A DNA stretch of 64,000 bases from an uncultured Gemmatimonadaceae bacterium (GTDB taxonomy: Bacteria; Gemmatimonadota; Gemmatimonadetes; Gemmatimonadales; Gemmatimonadaceae), in NCBI GenBank assembly GCA_963829055.1, contig CAWHHI010000012.1:448001-512000 (forward strand). Direction: 5' to 3'. This document shows, piece by piece, positions 26,731-36,213 of the stretch. Every line of letters begins with the position of its first letter. Position 1 is the first letter of the stretch. The translations under genes were made by a program, and so were the position numbers. The notes beneath the pieces are model-generated. The model did no database searches and was not told the origin of the DNA. It saw only the letters and a list, made by a program, of their open reading frames with translations.

Positions 26731-27444
26731 GTGCGCATCAGCGACATGAACTGGATGCAGGTCGAGGAATACCTGCGACGTGACGACCGCGCCGTGCTGC
26801 CGCTCGGCAGCACCGAGCAGCACAGCCACCTGCGGCTGACCGTCGATTGCATTCTCCCCGAGCGCGTCGCCGCCGAGGCCGCCGAGCCGCTTGGCATTCC
26901 TGTGTTCCCCGTCGTGCCGTACGGCGTGACGCCGTACTTCCGCGAGTTCCCCGGCTCGATCTCGCTGCGAGTGGAGACGCACCTGCACGTCGTGCGCGAC
27001 ATCCTGGACGGCATGGCGCACAGCGGGTTCCGGCGGATCCTGATCGTCAACGGTCACGGAGGCAACAGCGCGGTGCAGCAGTACGTGCCGGAGTGGACGG
27101 CTGATCACCCGGAGTGCCGAGTGATCTTCCACAACTGGTGGAATGCGCCGCTGACGTGGGCCAAGGTGCAGGCCATCGATCCGGTCGCGTCCCACGGGTC
27201 GTGGATGGAGAACTTCCCGTGGACGCGTCTGCCTAACGTCGCGATGCCCACGACGCAGCGGCCGATGGTCGACCTCGCGACGGTGCGTGCGATCGACCCG
27301 GTCGGATTACGCAAGTATCTCGGTGATGGCAACTACGGTGGCGTCTATCAGCGGCCCGACGAGGACACGCTGGCCCTGTGGCAGGTGGCGGTCGAGGAGA
27401 CGCGCGCGTTGCTCACGGGTTCATGGGGCGAGCCGGTTGGATGA
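26731..27444 (+). CDS. Creatininase family amidohydrolase
   Basis: LPLGSTEQH, VNGHGGN and SHGSWMEN; GTG start at 26731. Confidence 0.9.
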   Translation: MRISDMNWMQVEEYLRRDDRAVLPLGSTEQHSHLRLTVDCILPERVAAEAAEPLGIPVFPVVPYGVTPYFREFPGSISLRVETHLHVVRDILDGMAHSGFRRILIVNGHGGNSAVQQYVPEWTADHPECRVIFHNWWNAPLTWAKVQAIDPVASHGSWMENFPWTRLPNVAMPTTQRPMVDLATVRAIDPVGLRKYLGDGNYGGVYQRPDEDTLALWQVAVEETRALLTGSWGEPVG

Positions 27445-27447
27445 GTA

Positions 27448-27589
27448 TGTCATTCCGAGCGGAGTTGTCATTCCGAGCGGAGCGAGCGCGAAGCGCCCGC
27501 GGAGTCGAGGAATCGCGCCTGTCCCGAACGAGAGCCCTCTACACGATACCGCCTCGATTCCTCGACTCGCTTCGCTCGCTCGGAATGAC
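27448..27589. repeat. REP/MITE-like palindromic element, GTCATTCCGAGCG...CGCTCGGAATGAC, with duplicated left end
   Basis: GTCATTCCGAGCGGAG at 27449 and 27467; inner stem GAGTCGAGGAATCG / CGATTCCTCGACTC; right end CGCTCGGAATGAC ends at 27589. Confidence 0.8.
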
Positions 27590-27594
27590 CACTT

Positions 27595-28639
27595 ATGCCT
27601 GAAACGAAAATGCGCTGTCTCATCTGGGGCGCCGGCGCGATCGGCGGAACGCTCGGCGCCTATCTCGCGCGCACCGGTCACGACGTGACCTTCGTCGACA
27701 CCGTGGACGAACACGTGGCGGCGATCGACCGCGCGGGACTTCACATCACGGGGCCGATCGCGGATTTCACCGTGCGCGCGCCTGCGTTCACGCCACAGAC
27801 GCTTCGCGGCGAGTGGGACAACATTATTCTCGCGACGAAGGCGCACCACACCGAGGCTGCTACGCGCGCGCTGCTCCCGCACCTGACCTCTGCCGGCTGC
27901 GTGATCTCGGCGCAGAACGGCCTCAACGAGCTCGCCATTGCCGACATTGTCGGAGCCGAGCGCACGGTCGGCGCGTTCGTCAACTTCGGCGCCGACTATC
28001 TGGAGCCGGGCGTCATTCACTACGGCGGACGCGGCGCGGTGGTGGTCGGAGAGATCGACGGGACGAATCACTCCGCGCGCCCTCGCGATCCGCGATGCGT
28101 GGCGCGACCTCGACGAGCGCGCGATCGCCACGCCTAACGTCTGGGGGTACCTGTGGGGCAAGGAGGCGTACGGCGCGATGCTGTTTGCCACCGCGCTCAC
28201 CAACGAGTCGATCGCCGACGCGCTCGCGAACCTCACGTACCGCGACCTGTACGTCGCGCTGGCACGAGAGATCCTTGCCGTCGCGGCGGCGCGCGGTGTG
28301 AAACCGGAAGCCTTCGACGGCTTCGACCCAGCCGCGTACCTGCCCGACGCTCCGCCCGACGCCGCAGCCCGCTCACTCGACAACCTCGTCGCCCACAACC
28401 GCCGCTCCGCCAAGACGCACAGCGGCATCTGGCGCGACCTCGCGGTGCGGAAGCGACCGACCGAGGTCGACGCGCAGCTCGGTATCGTCGTGACGTTAGG
28501 CCGCGAGGCCGGCGTTGCCACACCGATCACGGCACGACTCGTCGAGCTGATCCACGACGTCGAGCGTGGCGTCCGCCCACAGTCGCTCGAGACGCTCGAC
28601 GCGCTCGCCGCTACCCTCTCGTCCGACGCCCACCGATGA
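27595..28639 (+). CDS. Ketopantoate reductase (PanE/ApbA)-like oxidoreductase (one frameshift near 28067)
   Basis: GAGAIGG, LATKAH, SAQNGL, LWGKE and SGIWRDLAVRKRPTEVD. Confidence 0.85.
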
Positions 28640-29403
28640 ACCTCGATTTCACCGGCAAGACCGCCATCGTCACCGGCGCCGCGCATGGCTTCGGGCGCGC
28701 CATCAGCGTCGCGTTCGCGCGAAATGGGGCGCACGTCTGGGGCTGCGACCTCATCGACGATGAGCTTCGCGAGACGATGCGGCTCTGCGTCGAGGCCGGC
28801 GGCACGTGCAGCGTGCGAACGGTGGACGTCCGCGACAAGAGCGCCGTCGACCGCTTCGTTGCCGACGCGTCGGCCGCGACAGGCCGAGTGGACATTCTCG
28901 TGAACAACGCGGGCGGTGTGCTGGGCCAGGTCGGTCGCCCACTGGAGGAGATCACACCCGAGCAATGGCAGAGCATCTTCGACGTCAACGTCAGCGGCGC
29001 GTTCTACTTCTCGCAGGCGGTTGCGCCGGGCATGAAGGCTGCACGAAGTGGTCGCATCGTCAACATCTCGAGCGGCGCGGGCCTGGGGATCAGCCTCACC
29101 GGCATCCAGGCGTACGCGTCCGCGAAAGCGGCCCAGATCGGCCTAACGCGGCAGCTCGCGCACGAGCTCGGACCCTGGGGAATTACGGTGAACAACGTCG
29201 CGCCCGGTTTCGTGCGCTCCAACGCCGCGACCGAACGCCAGTGGGAGTCGTATGGCGAGCAGGGCCAACGTGATCTCGTCAATCGCATCGCGCTCAAGCG
29301 ACTCGGCACCGCCGACGACATCGCGTTCGGCGTGCTGTTCTTCGCGTCGGATCAGGCCAACTGGATCACCGGCCAGGTGATCTCCATCGACGGCGGCAAG
29401 TAA
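28636..29403 (+). CDS. SDR family NAD(P)-dependent oxidoreductase
   Basis: TGAAHGFG, NNAGG, YASAK and ITGQVISIDGG; ATGA overlap with the upstream gene. Confidence 0.93.
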   Translation: MNLDFTGKTAIVTGAAHGFGRAISVAFARNGAHVWGCDLIDDELRETMRLCVEAGGTCSVRTVDVRDKSAVDRFVADASAATGRVDILVNNAGGVLGQVGRPLEEITPEQWQSIFDVNVSGAFYFSQAVAPGMKAARSGRIVNISSGAGLGISLTGIQAYASAKAAQIGLTRQLAHELGPWGITVNNVAPGFVRSNAATERQWESYGEQGQRDLVNRIALKRLGTADDIAFGVLFFASDQANWITGQVISIDGGK

Positions 29404-30785
29404 TGGCTCTCGACCAGGTGCTCGGCGACCTTCGCGCGAACCATGATCGCGCGTTATCGGAACTGATCGAGTTCGCCGCGATTCCCAGCGTCAGCACGGA
29501 CCCGGCGCACGCGAACGACGTGAGCGCGGCGGCAATGTGGGTCGCAGGCCGGCTGGCAGACGCCGGCCCGTTCACGGTGCGGACGCTCCACACGGCCGGC
29601 AACCCGGTCGTCTACGCCGAGTGGCTCGGCGCGTTAGGCAGGCCGACGGTGCTCGTGTATGGGCACTACGACGTGCAGCCGCCCGATCCACTCGAGAAGT
29701 GGGTGACTCCGCCGTGGACACCGACAGAGCGCGATGGACGTCTCTACGCGCGCGGCGTATCGGACGACAAGGGTCCGATGCTGATCCCGATCCTGGTGGC
29801 CGAAGCTTTTTTCAATGCGACGGGTGGCCTGCCGGTGAACGTGAAGTGCCTGTTCGAGGGCGAGGAGGAGGTCGGCAGCCCGAGTCTCGACTCGTTCATC
29901 CGGGAAAATGCCGAGCTGCTCGCGTGCGACGTGGTCCTCTCGGCGGACGGCGCCATGTGGCGCATCGACGAGCCATCACTCACGGTGGCTAGCCGGGGAC
30001 TCGCTGGTCTCGAGCTGACGCTGACGGCGGCATCGAAGGATCTGCACTCCGGACGCCACGGCGGCGCGGTCGCGAATCCACTGCACGCCATGGCGCGACT
30101 GATCGCGTCGTTGCACGACGCGGACGGACGCGTCGCCGTCGCCGGGTTCTATGATCGCGTGCGCGAGCTGACGCCGGCGGAGCGCGCTGACATCGCCGCG
30201 CTGCCGTTTGACGAGGCTACGTACCTCGCGCAGATCGGAGCTCCGTCGGTATTCGGCGAGCCCGGGTACACGACGCTGGAACGTCTCTGGACGCGCCCCA
30301 CGCTCGAGGTCAACGGCATGTGGGGCGGGTACGAGGGTCCCGGCAGCAAGACCGTGATTCCGAGCGAAGCCCACGCGAAGATCACGTGCCGTCTGGTGGT
30401 AGATCAGGATCCGGAGGAGATCGTAGAGCTGGTTCGGCGTCACCTCGTGGCCCACGTGCCTCCGGGAACGCGCCTGTCGATTGCCCCAGGCGATCACGGT
30501 GCACGCCCGGCCCACGTCGACGCCGACAACTTCGCCCTCAAGGCCGCCGCCGAGGCGTTGCGGGACGTGTATGGCGTGCGGCCGCTGGTCGTTCGCATGG
30601 GAGGCACGGTGCCGATCTCGGAGCTGTTCCAGCGGCATATGGGCCGCGACACCGTGTTCTTCTCGTTCTCGACCGCGGACGAGGACTATCACGCACCTAA
30701 CGAGTTCTTTCGCGTGCACCGGCTGCACGAAGGACTGGAGGCATGGGCTCGCCTCTGGGACATCCTCGGTCGATCCGCCGCGTGA
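29403..30785 (+). CDS. M20 family dipeptidase
   Basis: YGHYDVQP, RGVSDDKG, EGEEEVGS, DLHSG and YHAPNE; TAATG coupling with the SDR gene. Confidence 0.93.
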   Translation: MALDQVLGDLRANHDRALSELIEFAAIPSVSTDPAHANDVSAAAMWVAGRLADAGPFTVRTLHTAGNPVVYAEWLGALGRPTVLVYGHYDVQPPDPLEKWVTPPWTPTERDGRLYARGVSDDKGPMLIPILVAEAFFNATGGLPVNVKCLFEGEEEVGSPSLDSFIRENAELLACDVVLSADGAMWRIDEPSLTVASRGLAGLELTLTAASKDLHSGRHGGAVANPLHAMARLIASLHDADGRVAVAGFYDRVRELTPAERADIAALPFDEATYLAQIGAPSVFGEPGYTTLERLWTRPTLEVNGMWGGYEGPGSKTVIPSEAHAKITCRLVVDQDPEEIVELVRRHLVAHVPPGTRLSIAPGDHGARPAHVDADNFALKAAAEALRDVYGVRPLVVRMGGTVPISELFQRHMGRDTVFFSFSTADEDYHAPNEFFRVHRLHEGLEAWARLWDILGRSAA

Positions 30786-30897
30786 CTGCCGCGACTCGAG
30801 GTTCCAGGTGATCGTTGCCGTGCTGCACCTGATCGCACTCGCCGCGGCCGCGATCGGTATCGTTGCCGTCGACGCGTGGCTGCGCAGGCCCGAGTAG

Positions 30898-31473
30898 ATG
30901 TACACCGGCCACGTCGCCATCGCGCTTGGCGTGCGCGGTGTGCGGCGCGACCTGCCGCTGTGGGTGCTCGTGCTCGCGGCCCAGGCTTGCGACTGGGTCG
31001 AGCTGCTCGTGCATCCGCTCACGCCGCGCACGTTCACGGACGTGTACTCTCACGCCTACCCGTTCGTCCTCGCGCCTGCCCTCGCCGTAGCCGCGCTGGT
31101 GTGGATATGGAAACGGTCGGTAGCTGCCGCCGTGATCGTGCTGCTGGTGTACCTCTCGCATCCTCTGGCCGACGTCGTCACGGGCTACAAGCCGTTGTGG
31201 TCAGGCGGTCCGGATGTCGGCCTTCGCATCATCCAGTACCCGGCGGCTGACTTCGTCGTTCAGACGTTGGTATGTCTGCTGGGATGCGCCATCTACTGGC
31301 GATCGCTTCCCCAGACGCGGCGCCGCCAACGGTCGGCGGTGTTGCCGCTCCTGCTGCTCGTGGCCCTTCAGGGGATCTCCGATCTCAGACTCGGGTGGAA
31401 CAAACACCGTCGAGAGAGGCTCAGGAACACGGCGGCGGTGGTGGTAGAAGCTCGACGTGAGCGAGGAGAATAG
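30898..31473 (+). CDS. Membrane-bound metal-dependent hydrolase-like protein
   Basis: MYTGH..., YSH and SHPLADV motifs within hydrophobic helices. Confidence 0.6.
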   Translation: MYTGHVAIALGVRGVRRDLPLWVLVLAAQACDWVELLVHPLTPRTFTDVYSHAYPFVLAPALAVAALVWIWKRSVAAAVIVLLVYLSHPLADVVTGYKPLWSGGPDVGLRIIQYPAADFVVQTLVCLLGCAIYWRSLPQTRRRQRSAVLPLLLLVALQGISDLRLGWNKHRRERLRNTAAVVVEARRERGE

Positions 31474-31500
31474 CGCTCCGGTCCGCGGTGGTTGCCGCGG

Positions 31501-32283
31501 CTACGCCGACCGCGGGTGGGCCGTCGGATCGCCGTCGATTGCGAGCTCTGGATGAAGCCGCTGACCAGTGGGACATAACGCGTACACCACACAGCGCCCG
31601 CAGGCCGGCCCACGGTAGTAGCAGCAATGCTGCCCGTGGAGCATCAGCACTTCGTGATTGTCGTATACCTGCTGCGGCGTTAGGCCCGCTGGTAACTGGG
31701 CCTCGAGTACCGCGTGCGACGGCCCTACGCCGAGTGTCTCGGGGATGAGGCCCAGCCGCTGTGCCACTCGATGGTGATGGCTGTCGACCGGGAGCGCGGG
31801 CATCCGGAGACGGCTGAACAGCAGCGTCGCGGCGCTCGTCTTCGGCCCAACGCCCGGTAGCTCCTCGAGCCACTGCCGGGCCTCCGCAACGGTGAGATCG
31901 GCGAGGAAGTCCAGGGACAGCTCCCCGTGACGCCGTGTGATCTCGCGAAGGACGTGCTGGATCCGCGGCGCCTTCTGCTCTGGCCACGTGACGGCCGCGA
32001 TCGCCTGCTCGACGTCGGACGTCTGAGCGTCGCGCACCGCCTCCCAGGAGTCGAAGCGCGCACGGAGCGTCTTGAAGGCGCGCCCGGAATCAGCGTTGCG
32101 CGTCCGGTGGGACAGGAGCGACGAGACCAGCTCGCTGACTGGGTCCATGTCGTGGAAGTACCGGATCGGGCAGCGATACTCCTCGCAGAGCATCTGGTGC
32201 ACCATCCACGCCTTCACGCGAAGCGCGTTGTCCGACATTTCGAGCTGCGCCGCTGACGCGGTCCGCCGAGCCTTTCCAGCCAC
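31501..32283 (-). CDS. Endonuclease III-like HhH-GPD DNA glycosylase with [4Fe-4S] motif
   Basis: LPGVGPKTSA HhH, PVDSH and C-x6-C-x2-C-x5-C (CYYRGPACGRCVVYALC). Confidence 0.88.
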   Translation of the reverse strand: MAGKARRTASAAQLEMSDNALRVKAWMVHQMLCEEYRCPIRYFHDMDPVSELVSSLLSHRTRNADSGRAFKTLRARFDSWEAVRDAQTSDVEQAIAAVTWPEQKAPRIQHVLREITRRHGELSLDFLADLTVAEARQWLEELPGVGPKTSAATLLFSRLRMPALPVDSHHHRVAQRLGLIPETLGVGPSHAVLEAQLPAGLTPQQVYDNHEVLMLHGQHCCYYRGPACGRCVVYALCPTGQRLHPELAIDGDPTAHPRSA

Positions 32284-32344
32284 GGTCCACTCCCGACTGA
32301 GCGGATCCGATCATTTCACATTGGGTGCCAGGCCCTGTTCCCGC

Positions 32345-34042
32345 CTAACGCAGCCCACGCCTCGCCACGGCGAGCGCGGCCGCCAGCTCGCTGCGCCGCG
32401 CGGCGGACATCGTCGTGAAACACTCGAATAGCGGCGGCGCCCAGAGGCCGACGTCGCTCGCCGCCTGATCTCGCATGCACTTGCGCTCGCGCATCGCGAT
32501 CCAGTTGCGCTGAGCGATCCGCATTTGACTCACTTCGTGCGGATCCGGATCGCCGGGCGCGACGCCCGCCGTTCGTCGCATCTCCGCGATCAGCGAGTTA
32601 TAGACGCGCTGGAGCGGGGCGTCCGCGAGTGCCAGTTGCGCGCGCAGGCAGGCGCGCTGGTCCTGCATCGTCGCGATACCACATCGTGGGCTCGGCATGT
32701 CGCTGGCCACGGAGTCGGGTCGGACGACAGGTGGCGTGACACGCGTGCCGGCTGTCGTCGCAGTCGAGTCATTCGCGTCACTCGAGCGATTCGTATCGAG
32801 TGCGACGGTTCCGGCACTGGATGTCACCGGCTTACCCGGCGCACCGAGACCCGGCGCATCGACGGTGGCGGACGGGGCGCCGGAGCGGCCGCCGAACCAC
32901 AGGTACCACGAGACTCCGGCGATCGCGAGCGGTACCAGGAGCGCAAGGCTCCGTGTGACCCGCCGCCGCGCGACGCCATCGCGCACGGGATACGCTGGCG
33001 TCGGCACGCTCGACGATTCCCGGAGTCGTCGGATCCACCCGTCCGGGTCGGGATCGGCAAAGTCCACATCATCAGGTCGCGGAATGTCGGCACTCATCGG
33101 CGTGGCCGACGGCGGCGTCGCTATTCGGCGGAATTTGACCGTCGGCGCATCCGCCGGCGCCGGCTCGCCCTCCCGCCGACTCCGCGCCAGCACCGGCGGC
33201 GGATTGTACGTGAGGTGCTCGAGGAACTGGTCGATGTCCTGCCAGCGCCCTTCCCTGTTCTTCACCAGCGCACCCTCGATGGCGAAGAGCAGATTCGCGG
33301 GCACGCGCGGCCTGAGCGACGTGATGCGCGGGAGGTCCTCGTGCTTCTGCCTGTAAATGACGCCGTACAGGCTCTCGCCCGCCCACGGCCGCTCGCCCGT
33401 CAGCAGTTCCCACCCGAGCACGCCAAGGCTGTAGATGTCGCTGCGGCCATCGACGCTCGCGCCGTCGATCTGCTCCGGCGACATGTACTGTGGCGTGCCC
33501 AGCGATGCGCCGAGCATGGTGATCTGCTCGTCACCCTCGATGCGCCGAGCAATCCCGAAGTCCGCGAGCAGTGCTCGGCCGGTTCGTTTGTCGAGGAACA
33601 CGTTCTCGGGCTTGACGTCGCGATGCACGATCCCGCGGCGGTGCGCGTAGCCTAACGCGTTCGCGACGTCCCGCAGCACGCTCTCGGCGTCCTCGGCGCT
33701 GAAGGCGCCATACTCGCGAAGGCGGTCGCGAGCCGTTCCGCCCTCCAGGTATTCCATGATGATCGCGACCGCGCGGTCGCCGATCTCTTCGATGGCCTCG
33801 GTGCGGACAATGTTGGGATGGTCGAGGCCGGCGACGGTGCGAGCCTCGCGCGCAAACCGGTGCAACGCGTCCGGGTCATCGAGATACCGTGCGCGGATCG
33901 CCTTGATCGCGACGAGGGTTCCGGTGACGCGACGCCGCGCGAGGTAGACGGCGGCCATGCCGCCTTGCCCGAGCTCGCGGATGAGCTCGTAGTCGTCTTC
34001 GAGTGCGCGGAGGTCGGTGGGGAAGTCAGTCTCGGGCTGCAT
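32345..34042 (-). CDS. Membrane Hanks-type Ser/Thr kinase with C-terminal LprI/DUF1311-like domain (paralog 2, intact)
   Basis: Intact 565-aa ORF with full kinase motifs, TM SLALLVPLAIAGVSWYLWF and CGIATMQDQRACL...QRNWIAMRERKC...ECF. Confidence 0.92.
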   Translation of the reverse strand: MQPETDFPTDLRALEDDYELIRELGQGGMAAVYLARRRVTGTLVAIKAIRARYLDDPDALHRFAREARTVAGLDHPNIVRTEAIEEIGDRAVAIIMEYLEGGTARDRLREYGAFSAEDAESVLRDVANALGYAHRRGIVHRDVKPENVFLDKRTGRALLADFGIARRIEGDEQITMLGASLGTPQYMSPEQIDGASVDGRSDIYSLGVLGWELLTGERPWAGESLYGVIYRQKHEDLPRITSLRPRVPANLLFAIEGALVKNREGRWQDIDQFLEHLTYNPPPVLARSRREGEPAPADAPTVKFRRIATPPSATPMSADIPRPDDVDFADPDPDGWIRRLRESSSVPTPAYPVRDGVARRRVTRSLALLVPLAIAGVSWYLWFGGRSGAPSATVDAPGLGAPGKPVTSSAGTVALDTNRSSDANDSTATTAGTRVTPPVVRPDSVASDMPSPRCGIATMQDQRACLRAQLALADAPLQRVYNSLIAEMRRTAGVAPGDPDPHEVSQMRIAQRNWIAMRERKCMRDQAASDVGLWAPPLFECFTTMSAARRSELAAALAVARRGLR

Positions 34043-34114
34043 CGGCTCGTTTGAGGGCTAACGAGAGGAACGCCGGATGCGTGCCGAAGCGACCGAGCAC
34101 CGAGCCCGTCAATT

Positions 34115-34249
34115 CGGGAATCGGGAATGGGAATCGGGAATCGACCAGCCCGGAGGCTCGAGTGAGCGTCTCTGGGTTGTTGCTTGTCGACCAGCGACCA
34201 GCACGAGCGACAGCTACAAGCTTGCCGTTGATTCCCGATTCCCGATTCC
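34115..34249. repeat. (GGGAATC)n ... (GATTCCC)n inverted heptamer repeat
   Basis: Four GGGAAT units at 34115-34143 and three GATTCC(C) units at 34230-34249. Confidence 0.85.
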
Positions 34250-34436
34250 GTCTCACAGTCGTTACGCGCGCTCCATGCTGGACGCAGTGCGTGACGCCGG
34301 ACGCCGCAGCGCGCCATGCCATACCGTCGACGCTGAATCCCGGATCGCCGCCTCGACAATGCGCCTTTCTGGTCATTGTCTCGCGTGCGGCGCGCGAGCA
34401 CCCTGTCGAGGGTCCTTCCGAACACAGGAGGATCGG

Positions 34437-35093
34437 ATGCTTACTCGTTCTCGTCGTCATCGTGTGTCCCTGGTGTGCGGTGTGACAGCCATCGCCTGCG
34501 CCGCCTCCGCGCTGCTCTCGCAGCCGGGAAGAGCGCAGGACACGCCGCAGGACAAGCTGGTGTTCGCACCCGTTCGCGCGAGCGACGTCATGTCGGCCGC
34601 CGACCGACAACGCACCGGCGTGGAGCGCCTAACGCCGGAACAGCGGTTCGCGCTCGATGCATGGCTCACGCGGTACTCGGCGGAGATCCGCGGCAGTGCG
34701 CCGCCGCAACCGCAGCAGGCGACCGGCCGTACGGTCTTCGCCTCGTCGGCTGACGACGCGTCAGCGACTGAACCCGACGACGAAGCCATCCAGCAGCGCG
34801 GCCGCCGCTACCGCGACCAGATCTGGACGCCGCTGATCACGGTCCCACCAGCCGCCCGGCTCGTCTCCACGCCGGACGACGGAAGTTTCGTTCGTCTCGC
34901 GGACGGAACGCTCTGGGAGGTGTATCTGCCGGATCGAACGTCGACCGATGAGTGGCACGCGGGCGACTACATCACGGTGTCGCTGGCATCCACCGCAGTC
35001 GGCGACTTCGACCACGTGCTCGTCGACACGAACGCCAATACGCGTGCACATGCCCGCTTCGTCGACCTCGTAGGAGGATCACGCCGCCGCTGA
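34437..35093 (+). CDS. Exported hypothetical protein
   Basis: AGGAGG RBS, ATG at 34437, signal peptide; MSAADRQRTGVERLTPEQRFALDAWL segment plus a C-terminal beta-rich domain (VRLADGTLWEV). Confidence 0.7.
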   Translation: MLTRSRRHRVSLVCGVTAIACAASALLSQPGRAQDTPQDKLVFAPVRASDVMSAADRQRTGVERLTPEQRFALDAWLTRYSAEIRGSAPPQPQQATGRTVFASSADDASATEPDDEAIQQRGRRYRDQIWTPLITVPPAARLVSTPDDGSFVRLADGTLWEVYLPDRTSTDEWHAGDYITVSLASTAVGDFDHVLVDTNANTRAHARFVDLVGGSRRR

Positions 35094-35445
35094 CCGCGGC
35101 AGCACCGACCGCTGCATGGTTTCGAATGGTAGGTATGGGAAACGAACAAGCGCGGGCGAGTGAGATTCCTCGCCCGCGTTTTCGCGCGTCATCTCGCTTT
35201 GTGTTCGCGGACGGCCTCGGTTCTCCCATCGAGTCGTAGGCGTGCAGCAACCACATCGATCGTGGACGCCGGGTCTATCGAGGACAAGAGTTGTGCCTAA
35301 CGCGGCCTCACAGCCGTATTGGTGCAACATCGTTCGGCACGAATGGTGACGCACGCTCCAACAGCCGGCCGCGGTTGGTTGACAGCCATTCTCGGCCGCG
35401 GTAGCGTCTCGCCGAGCAGTTGGGCTCGCCGACACCAGGTACTCA

Positions 35446-36102
35446 ATGGGGATAGCGCCTCCCGAGCCGCTCCAACGCCTCCTCTCCGCATGCGATCCAG
35501 GCGAGCGAGACCGCTGCTGGGCCTCATTCCTGGCCCAGTTCAGCGCGCTGATCCTGCACACCGCAAGGAGCCTCGGGGGCGAGCGCGACGCAGTCATGGA
35601 CCGCTATACGTTCGTGCTCGACGCGCTCCGCGCCGACGACTGTCGCCGGCTGCGCCAGTTCACGACCGACGGCAGGGGGAAGTTCACAACCTGGCTCGTC
35701 GCGGTCGCACGTCGATTGTGTGTCGACGAACATCGGCACCGCTACGGCCGACCCCAAGGCCCGCCGCCAACCGACAATCGGTGGCGCGAGCGCCGTCATC
35801 TCGTCGACCTCATCGCAGCGGAGGTGGAGGTCAGTGAGATCTCTGCGGGAGATGACGGTGCTCCCGACGAGGCGATCAGGCGGGCCGAGTTGTCCGGCGT
35901 GTTGCAGGCGGCGCTTCAACGGCTCGAGACCTCGGACCGCTTGCTCCTGCGGCTGCGCTTCGAGGACGGCCGCTCCGCGCCGGAAATCGCGCGTCTGGTC
36001 AATGTCCCCTCGCCGTTTCACGTGTATCGCAGAATCGACCGACTCCTCGAGATGCTCAGGGCCGAGCTGACGGCAGCCGGAATCGAGAGCTCGCGACCGT
36101 GA
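35446..36102 (+). CDS. ECF-type RNA polymerase sigma factor
   Basis: Region 2 KFTTWLVAVARRLCVDEHR and region 4 ALQRLETSDRLLLRLRFEDGRSAPEIARLV. Confidence 0.85.
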   Translation: MGIAPPEPLQRLLSACDPGERDRCWASFLAQFSALILHTARSLGGERDAVMDRYTFVLDALRADDCRRLRQFTTDGRGKFTTWLVAVARRLCVDEHRHRYGRPQGPPPTDNRWRERRHLVDLIAAEVEVSEISAGDDGAPDEAIRRAELSGVLQAALQRLETSDRLLLRLRFEDGRSAPEIARLVNVPSPFHVYRRIDRLLEMLRAELTAAGIESSRP

Positions 36103-36117
36103 GTTCATGCGCGATGG

Positions 36118-36145
36118 CGCAAGTCGGTTGCCCGTATCCGTGACA
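36118..36145 (+). promoter_or_regulatory. Candidate ECF promoter upstream of the anti-sigma gene
   Basis: CGCAA-N13-ATCCGTGACA; nearly repeated at 39753-39781. Confidence 0.5.
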
Positions 36146-36213
36146 TCTCCCATGAACGCCGCCACCGGGAGATCGTCGTGCGCCACTCTGCCCTTCTCTC
36201 TTCGAAGCGAGCC

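Noticed and set aside
19939..34042. Kinase pair as direct repeats of a mobile element or as an assembly duplication
   Set aside because: The copies differ substantially in linkers and at many codons, and no integrase, transposase or att-like repeat was seen. This looks like an older paralogy.
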